Source: Sphagnum compactum (taxonomy: Eukaryota). From it: a stretch of DNA of 64,000 nucleotides. Below are positions 37,830-49,009 of this stretch, in pieces (position 1 is the stretch's first letter; every line of letters begins with the position of its first letter). Made by a program: the position numbers and the translations under genes. The DNA is taken from assembly GCA_965153455.1 (NCBI GenBank), contig OZ234493.1, positions 10,220,213-10,284,212 on the forward strand. Reading direction: 5' to 3'. Below the pieces are notes generated by a model that ran no database searches, had not been told where the DNA came from, and worked only from the letters and a program-made list of their open reading frames with translations.

Positions 37830-39134
37830 TAATAAGTAGATGGATTATACATAGTTAAGGATGAATACCTATCTACTAACCCAGGTTGACAGTAGGTGGG
37901 TAGTAAAAGAAGCAGCTGAGCTAACCACCATGGTTAGCTAGGGAACTGCAACAGAAAACTGTTTCCTGATCACTTATCATCCATCCTTCATGGTGTGCTA
38001 GTGGGTGCTGGTTCACTCTGGCCCAATATACCCACTGGATATATATAATATATGATATACCTGAACCTATTTTCTCAAAATTGATATACCCTAAACATAT
38101 GGATACCTTTCTTTTTCCACATGCAAGGATTTTTATAACCTGTTCATACCCATTTTGCACATGTAGGAGTTCTGCATATTCAAGGATGGATATGATTGAG
38201 AGTTTGGGTAAATAGGTCTTACGGTAAATAGGGTCTAAACCTATATTTCATGGGAGACAAAGTCCATATTCATATTTGTAATTTGTAATAAAAAAATCTA
38301 CAAATTTAAATACAATGTAATTTTTTTAATTGTAAAAATGCCTTATGCATTACATCACACATATAAATTACTATACGTATTTGAGTCCAAATTATAAAAA
38401 AAGTCAATACAATTATCTCATAGTCTTCAATTACATTTCATTACTTGTAAAAAATAGTCATTGTAATGTCCATTTTGGTCCAGTGCACCATACTTTTGGT
38501 CTAGTTGTTTTTTTTTTCAATATGTGATTAAATCATGTGGTGTTTATCGAGGCAAATATCATGACTTGGGTATGGAAGGCTAGAGGATGTGGCTTTGCCA
38601 AATCAACATGAAGGTAATTTTTTTCTTTTCAAGGTTCTTCCTATTTTTGAGTGATAGTCACAAGGTTTTAATTACACTCATTCTTTTGACATTTGTTTTG
38701 GTTTTTGTTGAAATTGACACAAATAATAATAGCCACCTTCAAAATGTTATTGCATAGGGTTTTTAAAAAACTTTCTCTGCACATTCATAGAAAATATGTC
38801 TTCAATAGGCTAGAAGGGGAGTGGTTTCAAAAAGATATTAAATGATGGGTAAGTTTGAATTGTTTGTGGATTTGTGAACAAAATCCATTGTAAAAGTGGG
38901 AATGGTGATCACATTTCATTATAAAGCTTCTATTATAAGTGTTTGCTATATATGGGTAAAAACTATAACAAATTGTTATGGAGGGAAAACTTTCTTGCAA
39001 TATATGTGATCTTGAATACATGCAATAAGGCAAATTATGCATTAATTAGTATGTACACAATGTTTGTTTTTGTTTTTTTTTGTGTGTCATTATCCAATTT
39101 TTGATTTTGTCTTTACATGTTTTCAATCAAGGGC

Positions 39135-40362
39135 TAATCACCTTAGGTTATTTTCGATTATTGTAAATTATTTTTGGTTATTTTATGTTATTTTTGGTTA
39201 TTGTAGGCTATTTCACTTTAAGTTATTTGCAGTTATTATATGTTATTTTTAACTATTATAAGTTATTTAATCTTAGGTTATTTTCAGTTATGTGAGGCTA
39301 TTGTTGGTTATTTTTTGTTATTGAAGACTATTTCACCTTATGTTATTATTGGTTATTCCAAGCTATATTACCATAGGTTATTTTTGGCTATTCTATTGGT
39401 AGCCATTGGTTACTCTTCTATTGGTAGCTATTAATGGTTGTTCTATTAATGGTAATTGGTAGTTATTCTATTGGTGACTGTTAATGGCTATTCTATTAAT
39501 GGTTATTTTATTGGTGGCTATTAGCGACTATTCTATTAATGGTTATTAATGGTTATTTAAAGTTAAATTATCATAGGCTATTGGTGGTTATTAATGGTTA
39601 TTATATTAATGGTTATTCTATTGGTGGCTATTTTTTGTTATTCTAGGTTATATTACGACTATTGATGGCTATTTTATTATAAGATATTATTGGATATTTT
39701 AGGTTATATTATCATAGGCTATTAGTAGTTATTTTATTGTAGATTATTCTAAATTATTTTTCATAGGTTATTATTGGCTATTCTAGGTTATTTTACCTTA
39801 AGTCATTATATTTTATTTTAAATTATTTTAAATTGTTATACTTATGATAAAATAACTTATAATAAAATAAAATTGAATAACCTAAAGTATAACTTGAAAT
39901 AATATATATTAACTTAAAATAAAATAATTTAAGGTATAGCCTAAGGTTAGTTGAATAATTTAATTTAAAATAATTTAAAGTAAAAAATTTATAATAAGAT
40001 AGTTAGGATACCTTAAGGTAGAATAACATATAATAATTTGGGGCATAATAATTTATAATAACCTATAATAACTTCTAATAACTTGGGTATAAGTTAAAAT
40101 AACTAATATAGTCTAAAATAATATAGGGTATATCATAAAGTAGCATAAGGTATTTAAAACAACAAAAAAAAAACCTATTTACCATAGTAAATTATTATAG
40201 TGAATTATGTCAACTAATAGTGAAACACGATGTTTACATAGTGATATTATAGTGAAATAACTTTAACCAAGGTGAAATCACTAAAATGTAGTGAATTTAT
40301 TTCACTTTTAAGATCCCATAGTGATTTAGGCTAATGAACTACACCCCACTTTTGTACTAATG
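39135..40362 (-). mobile_element. Inverted, truncated second copy of CACTA-C
   Basis: The reverse complement of 40080-40362 aligns by eye with 13130-13410. Similarity continues through a shorter version of the 25-bp minisatellite. Confidence 0.85.
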
Positions 40363-41228
40363 TTTTGACTAGTCAAATTGGACAAAAACGTGGGCAACCA
40401 AAAAAAATTAATTAAAAAAATAGTTCAATTTGTAAATATATAAATGCAAATAATAAATAAATAGTAAGTATTTACTTACCCAAGCACCCATGACCTACCT
40501 ACCCACCATGGCCTCCTATTAACCTATCCACAACCCACCTAGATACTATACATTTACACACATGTACAAGGTATATATACAAATATACATACTCCACATA
40601 GTATATGTTGGTAAAGGGGATTGAACCTTGGTCTCCTTGGTTCCACACCAATGTCTTGGCCATCAAACCACCACACCACTTTGTAAAACAATATGATACC
40701 AAATGGATTTAACATGTATCCATGAATTTTTTTGTCAATGTGTATAACAACATTTAAACTTCAATTTTTTCATAAGTAGGTTAGTAGGTACCTAACTAGG
40801 TAGATAGGTAGGTATACATGCCTACCTACTAATGTTTTTAAATGTTCATACCTACTTATGTAAACTATAGGTAGGTATGTAGGTAGATAGTAGATAGTAG
40901 ATAAGTAAATATATAAATAAAATATAGGTAGGTAGGTACCTTAGTAGGCATAACAAGTAGGTTAGTTAACCAAATTGATATGGCTAATTTGACTAAACAT
41001 GGCCATTTAGTATGGCCGATTTGATTAAGCCATGGGCATTTTAATGGACAATTTCAAAAATTTGTTCTTCTTGATTAGATGTATGACTTAACACTTGGTC
41101 AAAATGGTTGCTTCAATCAAAAACACCAACCAAAAGAACCATATGTCTTTCATGACGAACATCCTTTTGGTCAATGTGGACATTTTAGTCAAGTTGAACC
41201 TTTTAAAAAACCATGATTTCTTATAGTG
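40363..41228 (-). mobile_element. Terminal arm of a CACTA-B-related element
   Basis: Reverse complement from 41228 reads CACTATAAGAAATCATGGTTTTTTAAAAGGTTCAACTTGAC, similar to CACTATTAAAATTCTTGGTTTTTAAACGGTCCAAGTTGAT at 13046. Same TTGAC repeats and ACCT tracts. Confidence 0.7.
40609..40678 (-). pseudogene. tRNA-like relic with Pol III A and B boxes
   Basis: GGTGTGGTGGTTTGATGGCCAAGACATTGGTGTGGAACCAAGGAGACCAAGGTTCAATCCCCTTTACCA. D stem GTTT/AGAC, anticodon-like stem TTGG/CCAA, T arm AAGG-TTCAATCC-CCTT. The acceptor stem is poor. Confidence 0.55.
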
Positions 41229-42258
41229 CTTTCATCAGCTCTATGTTGGGCTAAATTTTTCTCCAACTCCTTTGCAAAATACTCCCCTACAACTTCCCAC
41301 CATTCCTTAGACGTTGCATCAAAATCCTTCATCTTGTTTTTTGTCCTCATCAAAATGTAATACTACAACATCTGTTCATAATCCTCCAACATTTTCTTCA
41401 CACCAACTGGGTCCAGACTCTTCTTCTGCTCATTTGCAGTCTCCAATTACTGCCTATAGCTACTACAGATTCCTCTAACACTATTGCCTCCATCAACTTC
41501 TCTTTTTTTGCTTGTGTTGTCCTTTTTCTAAGTTCTTCAAAATTAAACAGAAAAGCACTCTTTAGATTCACCAATTCCAAATCAGTCCAAACATTCTCCT
41601 TCTCCTTCCTCTCTTTAGTCAACTTATGTTTCCACTTGAATACCCAAAGCCTCCTGTTGCTATCTGTAATGGAACAATGGGGTGTTTGCAAGGTATGGTG
41701 TAGACAGATGGAGTCAAAAGGGTCAATATTAAAAGTACACAACTTGTATAATAATGTACACATATAACATTTTATGCTAAAAATTGTTTGGTCCATTGAT
41801 TTAAACTATGGTCCTAGTTGAGCCAATATTGTTTTAAATGAAAGTTTTGTTTATTCAAATATAATTGGTCACATGATTAAACACGACAAAAATAAATGAC
41901 ACCTAACTCATAAATGTGCCAAATTGATTTTGGCCTATATTATTTTAGGAACCCATCATGAAACAAGAAATGTGAGGTATAAGCTCAAAATGGTTTTTCA
42001 CTCAACCTATCTGGATAGGTGTCAACACCCTAGATTTCATCAAATTTGTTTCCTAGGCCCATCAAAATAAGGTCATCTTTCTTAGCCCAACATGTCCCCT
42101 AAGGTTTTCTTGGTTTGTCAGATTATGTTTATCTATTACAATGTGCAGGTTATAGAGCTACAACAATGATTCATAGCAAATACTCACACATCCAAGTTAA
42201 CATTTTTTTGGGTTTTGTGTGATGTTGCTAACTGTTCATAATACTTGAGTTAATTTGT

Positions 42259-43689
42259 TTGCTTTTGAAAGAGGTGAGGTTCGAAAAAATGAAGTTGAAA
42301 AACATTGAAAATCATTTTGAAGAAGAGGAGGGTTTTGAAAGCGATGACATTACCCTAGAGACAAAATCTAATAGGTTTAACAGTGCAAAGAGTAAAATGG
42401 AGCTAAATCAAAAAATGGAAAGGTTGAAAACACCTCCTCCAAAGAAAGACTTTGGTCATTTCATGAGGATAGGCTTGAGTGGAAGTGGTACTAATCCCCA
42501 TAAATTGAAGGCAAGAAGAAACATTACACAAGAAAAGCTTGTGGAGGTATTCGGTAAGGGCACTCCTCAGTCGAGTTTTCGATACACCAAGTGTCGTGAC
42601 CTTGAGATCAAAACAAAAGTTGAAAAAATATGGCCCTTATGTTATGGAAATATGGAGATGCCTTACACAAAGCTCATCACAAAGGAGTTTGTTCTTAGCA
42701 TTATCGTAGAGAAGTTCGGGACACCCATTAGTTGGGCGACACTTGCTGAGGAAACTAACACCTACTAACACTCCAAGTTCTTCAAATTGTTAAAAAAGAT
42801 GGAGCTACAAAGGAAGGAGTTGAAAGCACTAAAATAAGTGCATGGGAAGCGGGAATTACACCTTGAAAGTGAGTCTATAGCAAAAGCAACAAAGTCTGAG
42901 ATAGTTAAGACATCGCGTGCATTTGAAAGACCATCGATTTTGAAGGAATGGAATTTGAGATTGGCGAGTGAGGTGTCTCAATTGTTGCAATTCGCGTCAA
43001 TGGAACTTGAAGCCTTTAAGTTTCAAGTTGAATGTGTGATGAAGGAAAAACAATGGCTTGTTGATCAAACATGCACCATTTGGATGCTTATGGAGTTAGT
43101 GCAAACATCTTTGCTTGAAAAGATGGGAAAAAAAAAAGCCTTGGAGGCTGATGAGCTTCGATGAGAATTGGCTTGCAACTTGAATCCCATAAGTGTTGAA
43201 AGACCCTCAGAGTCTTTGCCAAAGGATTCCATTGATCCTGCAGATTTGGGTAATGTAGTTCCTTTGTCACTAAAACCAATTGTGTAGGGGCAATTGAAGT
43301 TGGAATCAAATGTTCTACTTGATTAGAGGATGCATGAGAAGTGTTTAAGGAATTTAAACATCAAACAATGTAAGAAAGTGGGAGTTGAATTAGATGTGAA
43401 GGAAATTGAGCTAAGGGAATTAGAGCAGAGGAGGGTATTTTGTGAGTTGCAGTATGCTTCTTTGGGGGAACAACATGTTGCTCTCATGAAGAAGGGTGAT
43501 GGATTATCCTTATACCCCCATCCTTTATGTAATCTTGATGTTAAAGTTGACAGGCTCAATTTCTTGAAAATCTTGCCTTGTGCTGTTTGTCTATGTGCAT
43601 TCCTGCACAATAACATTGTGATTTCTGCATGTAAACACTTCTATCATCCTTGGTGTGCATTAATCCATTTCAAAGCTTTAATATTATAA
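42259..43689 (+). pseudogene. Decayed gene with unknown N-terminal domain, coiled coil and C-terminal RING-H2-like zinc finger (truncated), probably TE-borne
   Basis: Three consecutive ORF pieces separated by stops and frameshifts. PCAVC..ACKHFYHPWC supplies the first six RING-H2 ligands; the last CxxC is missing. Confidence 0.65.
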
Positions 43690-44049
43690 TTTTGAAAAAT
43701 GAACATCTTCATGTATAATTAAGTAGATTTTATTAAAATTGCATCTACTTGCAAGAAGTTTTCGATCTTACAAAATGGGTTGCAAGTAGATGAAATATTG
43801 AACTTTTTTTACTTTCAAGTTAATGGAGCTTTAAAAAATACTTGTGTATTATTAAATTATGCATGTTATCTGTGGTATCAAAAACAAAGTTTGTAGTTTT
43901 TGCTACACAAAGTACCTACATCTATCCTTACTTCAAAACTATGTGTCTAAGAATGAATCATTTCATTATATTTTTGATATTACAAAAAATTCACACTACA
44001 ATATGAATATGAAAATCACTGTAGAAGTCTGTACTTCTCTTGTTTATTG

Positions 44050-44525
44050 AAAAATTCAATTGAAAATATTGCAAAAAATCCCATGTTATGTTGAAAATAT
44101 TGTATCAAATGATGATGCAATCATGTCCACCTTAAAGAACAAATTACAATTATATTGGCAGTTGGTTGTGTGACCAATTGAAATTGAAAACCCTTTAATT
44201 TGGTGGGCAGAACATGTTGTCCAATTCCCCCATGTTTCATTCCTCACTCATTAAATACTTGGCATTATGGGATCACAAATTGAAATAGAATGGATTTTCA
44301 ATGTTACAAGTGTCATCATTAACTTGATGCGATCTAGCCTTGGGATTGAGAATTTAGACTAACTCATTTTCATCATCAAGAATTGGCTTAGTGACACTTG
44401 TATTGGGTGTGATGGACCTTTGAAGCCTAAAGCCATGGCTGAATTTTGGAAAGGGATTTTGCTATGATTGAAAAGCACAATGGATTGATTGAAGAACAAG
44501 ACTTCTTTGAAAAAAAATTCAAACT
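44050..44525 (+). pseudogene. hAT transposase C-terminal dimerisation domain fragment
   Basis: ENPLIWWAEHVVQFPHVSFLTH*ILGIMGSQIEIEWIFNVTSVIINLMRSSLGIENLD*LIFIIKNW matches the hATC pattern PL.WW..FP..LA..IL.I..S....ER.FS....R..L...N. Confidence 0.85.
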
Positions 44526-45920
44526 TTGATTTTTAAAAAAAATTTAGATTCAAGTTTTTTTTTTCATCCTTAATTTGTGGTTATATTTGTTAACATTTTT
44601 CTTGTGCAAAAAAACAATTTAATTGTGTTTTTTTCTTGGTGTAGTTGCAGCATTGGAGTTGATCAAGATTGAAGACTCACTTTATGTTGTAACATAGGTA
44701 TTTCCCTACCTCACATTTGCTACTAAATTCCTTATGAGGAAATGGGTTGAACCCAAGAATGACCTAATGGTCTTCAATGTGGGTTCATTAATTAAGGCTG
44801 GAAGTTGTGTGGTCTTTTGTATTAGTTTTGATTTGGAATCATATGTGTTTGGCTGAAACCTAAAACCTTTTGTGAATTATGTCATTCATATGCTGTAATT
44901 GTTGTCCTTTTACAAATGTTTTTGTGCATGTGCATTGCTTTAGGAGGTTAATTTTATTCTATTTTGCAAGTCATATGTTTTTCATTTGTGGTTGGATTTG
45001 TCCTTGGGTGAAAGCATGGTCAAGTAGATAGCCTTTGTACCTTGTCACGAAAAATTTCAAGTATGCACAAAAGATTTTTGATGCATTGAAAATAGAAATA
45101 TTATTTATTCAATGATTAATATGAAGATAATCTTTCCTTTCTCCAAAACTCCCATCTTTGGGCAGTCCCCAAATCACCATCATCATGACCAAAACTAAAC
45201 CAAAATTCAAAAATTTAAACTTCCAATGTCCAATGATCAATCCCTATCCATAATGCTTTGTTCATCCAAAACAATGTAATCAGCCTACCCCCTTAACAAA
45301 GATTTTGTGGGCAGCCAAAAATATAAAAGGATTCTCTTTTTTTACTTTTATGTCTAGTATGTAGCCAAATTTGGCTAAATCATCTTATGGATGATCACCA
45401 CTTCAGCTAATTAAAAAATTGAAAAAAAAGAAAAACCCTAGGGTTCTACTAAAAACGCTAGGGCACCCTAGCAGTTACCTTTTGGTCCTTCAAGCTCAAA
45501 CCCTAAGAAGTTAGAAACCACAACAAACTTCCAAATGATTCTTATTTCCTATTGGGAAGGAGAGCCAGCCCTACCACTACACACGCCACCAGGAAACAAA
45601 CAGAAAGAACTTACCCAGCCAGTGTCGGTGTTGCATCCCAAGAACATCATCCCCCTGCCCTGAGAGGAAGTTTCATTCTCGGGGTTTGTCTGTGCCGTCT
45701 GTTGCAAGTTGGTGATGTTTGAAATAAGAATTTGATTGTTGAATTCTCACACTCAAGAACCCAAACTGACCAAACCAAAGAATGTGAAGTAAAAGCTCAT
45801 GTTTTATTATCTATAATTGGACTGGCGAGGGAGGGAGGGAAGGAGGAACAGAGGAAGCAAGCAAGCAGGGGGCCCATTTCTAACTCTCATATTTGTGAAC
45901 TTCCGTGTCGGCAGGCAAAC

Positions 45921-48310
45921 ATGTGTTGCACAATTTTGAATGGTAGTAAAAGTCTGCCGACATTGTCATCCTCCTCAGCAGCAGCAGTAGTGGTCTCTTG
46001 GGAGAAAACCTTGAATTTAGGGTTAGTGCTTCCAGCACACAACAAGTCCACTAGTTCCCAAGAGTTAGGGTTATGTTTGAAAAGGAGAAGGGCATTGAGG
46101 TCTGGAAGGAGGAAGAATTGGGTGCATCATTTTCATGGACCTGTTGCTGGTGGGTTGTTGACAAAGAGGTTTCTGAGCAAGCTTAATGACAGTTTGCCAT
46201 CTGCCAATTGCACAGGTATCTACGTATTATCAGCTCCTTGAAAAGTTTGATTCTCTTTTTCTTTTTCTTTGTTTGCAGTTTCGGAGAAATGCTTTGAGAG
46301 TTCTATGGAATCCAAATTCAGCTTTGAAAGATTGTGTAGCCATTTCGTTGGTTGAATGTGGCTTCATGTTACAGCCTGACATGCAAGATTTCCTTCTAAA
46401 GTGTGAGAGATGAGGAAATTCTTATTAGATTGGGCTCACACATGCTTGGACAGTGAGGGGGATTTTGATGTTGTTGAAATCAATTGAGACGTAATGCAAT
46501 TCCATAATGGGGGTCTCCTTTACACATTTGAATACACTTATACCAGTGCTTCCAAATTATTGTGGGTCTGAAAGGATCTTGAGTCTTTGCAATGACCAGA
46601 AGGTAATGAAGAGCTTGCCTGGATTATTGTATGGGGGTTGTTTACAGACCTGTCAATGGAACAGGGGGAGACGGTGCTGGATTCGGATGTAGCAAATGAT
46701 TTGAGGTTTGTGCACAAGGTGTCTTTAGATGTTGCAGCACCTCCTGATCTGGTATGGCACCTATGGATGGATCTCAAGAGGGCTCCACAGTGGTAAGGCC
46801 ATCAACTCATCCCTAAAGCTTGAAGGTGAACCCTTTTCAATTCCAATGATTTGCAAGCCATTGATTTGTTGGAAGCTATTGCATTGAAATCAGTTAGTCA
46901 TGGCTACAGAGAGCCTATCACAAGATTTGGTAGGCTTACTATCCTCCCTGCCACTCATAACCACTGTGGTAAACATGTGAAATCATAACTTTGTAAACTG
47001 AGTTCTGCTAGTCTAGCTTGCTGAGAAAAGCCCCCTTCCCCCACAAAACCTGTTCTAGTGATGGAGTGAAGTCATTTTGAACTGGATGTGGCAGGATGCG
47101 ATGGATTGATCGGGTTGAGATTTTGGCAGAAGATGGAAGCATTGAGTCTGAAGAGTTGCAACTGGGGCTTAGTCAGCTGTCTCGGTGGATTTGTAGTACT
47201 GCTGGTTTTGAGGTTTGCTTTCACACATTACACATGCTCAATGACAGTAGGAGCAGGTTTCTTGCATCTGCATGTGTACCATATTCTGGACAAGTAAATT
47301 GGCTGCAGATATTCTGTATGACATAGTTGTGGAGTATCTAAAGAGGTTCCTGGGGAAACTTCTGTAGGTGATGTGGTTGGCCCGTATTGAGTTTGTGGAA
47401 GCTGCTCCTCCTCTTCGGGTTGTACGGTGGGCCACAGTGGAAGGTCTTCAAAGCAAAGGCGAGGTGACTTTCAAGGAGAGTAGCAGCAAAGGAACAACAG
47501 TGGAACTTTCAGTAAGAGATGCTGACAAGTAACAATGTCATCTTACAAATGTTTCAGACTCATAAGATGTTCTAAATACATCTGTTATAAAGCATCAAAT
47601 TGTCCTGCAAAAGTTAAGATTGAGCATCAGGAAGATACCTGCAGAGGCACCCATCTGGAAAATCACATGAATTGGTCATTCGAACTGAGGATCATGTATG
47701 AAACTTTGTCCTCATATGTATGTCTTCATGTTGTTTATGCAGATATTGCACTCACTGCCTGCAGCTCTTGGTCAAGTCATGAACTCACAAGCTCTCAGAA
47801 GCCTAGTACAGGTATGTATGTCTCTTACTGCAAGTATGGGACAGGTGTACTCTCTTGCTGTGGATTATTGAGACAACAGTGGCGCCTACTACACACTCAG
47901 AACTCCCCTGAGTATTTGCAAACTTGTAATCTGTTTGGTTGCAGGCCACACTCCAAAGTGATTTGGAGCGCTTTCAGAAGGTAAGCGATTCCACAAGCAA
48001 ACTTAATGTATCCACTGGAGTTTTTTTAAACAGTAGACTTTGTCATCTTGTGAGGAATCTAGCAAAGATAGCTCAAGATATTATTTAAATTCTGCTTGCA
48101 TGTAACAATATAGTATTACTCATGATATGCTCAACTCAAGCACTTGATGATATGGCTATGTCAATCTTTCTTACAAATTTGTATCTGTGATCTCAGTATG
48201 TTGCAGAGGCAGCAGATGAACAGAGTATCTGCTATGGTGGCAAGGAAGAAGGTTTACAAGACAGGAAGACGCTCCCAGAATCAGTAACAATTGCAGTTGA
48301 GCGTCGTTAA
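45921..48310 (+). CDS. SRPBCC/polyketide cyclase-dehydrase (START-like) protein, ~306 aa, probable plastid transit peptide
   Basis: Phase-consistent GT-AG exons 45921-46215, 46648-46792, 47095-47212, 47368-47511, 47743-47811, 47945-47980, 48197-48310. Translation: HKVSLDVAAPPDLVWHLWMDLKRAPQWMRWIDRVEI..SRW..WLARI..VRWATVEGLQSKGEVTF..TTVELS..LQSDLERFQKY. Ser/Arg-rich N-terminus. Confidence 0.9.
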
Positions 48311-48697
48311 TGTTTTGAGGTGGTGTTGTACAATAGAATACATTTGAGTGTATGCTAAGACGTCTCCATGGACTGGTGATGGCCAGTTTTCAGGAAAATC
48401 GATTGTGTCATAATGTATAGGCCAAGTTTGAGATCCAACATCTTTGTGATGCTGAAGCTTGAGAATATTGGTGAAATTGAGGAGTGCCAAGTCTTCCTAC
48501 GTGACAAACTTTCTAGACAAGGAGTAAGAGAAAACATTAGCATAAATGTTTGTGTTGTATTTCCTTATGGGAAGGACATAGGCCATTTGATTAACTTAAA
48601 ATTATTTGCATATATTACTTTGCAATTAGAATTTTTATCAATTCTTTTGAAGTTACATTGCTAGATGTTGATTTGCAAAGCCCTCATGAGCAACACA

Positions 48698-49009
48698 TCT
48701 GTATATTAAGATAGGTGTTTATTTTGTTTGGTGACCACACCTTAACCCTCCCAACCCATGGGGGCCCCTCACTGTGCCTTTGGTACTGTTGAAAGGCCCT
48801 TGATGAAGTGGTGTCCATGTTTGTCAGTTCACAATTTTCAGACCAATGGAGCAAAAGTTACTGAATCTTTAGAAATTTTGGTCTTTGGAAATTAATTAGA
48901 AAGTAAAATAGTGAATTTTTTTCCCCCTGTAAGAACTCTGAAGTTAAACCCACTTTGATGTGAATAGTATTCGGATGAGTGACCTTGTGCCAACGGCAAT
49001 GTGCACTAG
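48698..49009 (+). mobile_element. Small non-autonomous Helitron-like element (312 bp)
   Basis: 5' A|TC at 48697-48699. 3' hairpin TGCC-AAC-GGCA followed 7 nt later by CTAG|T (49006-49010). No TSD. Confidence 0.65.

Noticed and set aside
40609-40678. Functional tRNA gene
   Set aside because: The acceptor stem is poorly paired, the anticodon is ambiguous and it is embedded in a TE. Kept only as a tRNA-like relic.
41229-41796. Minus-strand ORF remnant divergent from the RING pseudogene
   Set aside because: Frameshifted and truncated by the CACTA end at 41228, with no recognisable motif.
45362-45377. 16-bp palindrome TAGCCAAATTTGGCTA
   Set aside because: Single short palindrome with no second copy or boundaries in this window.
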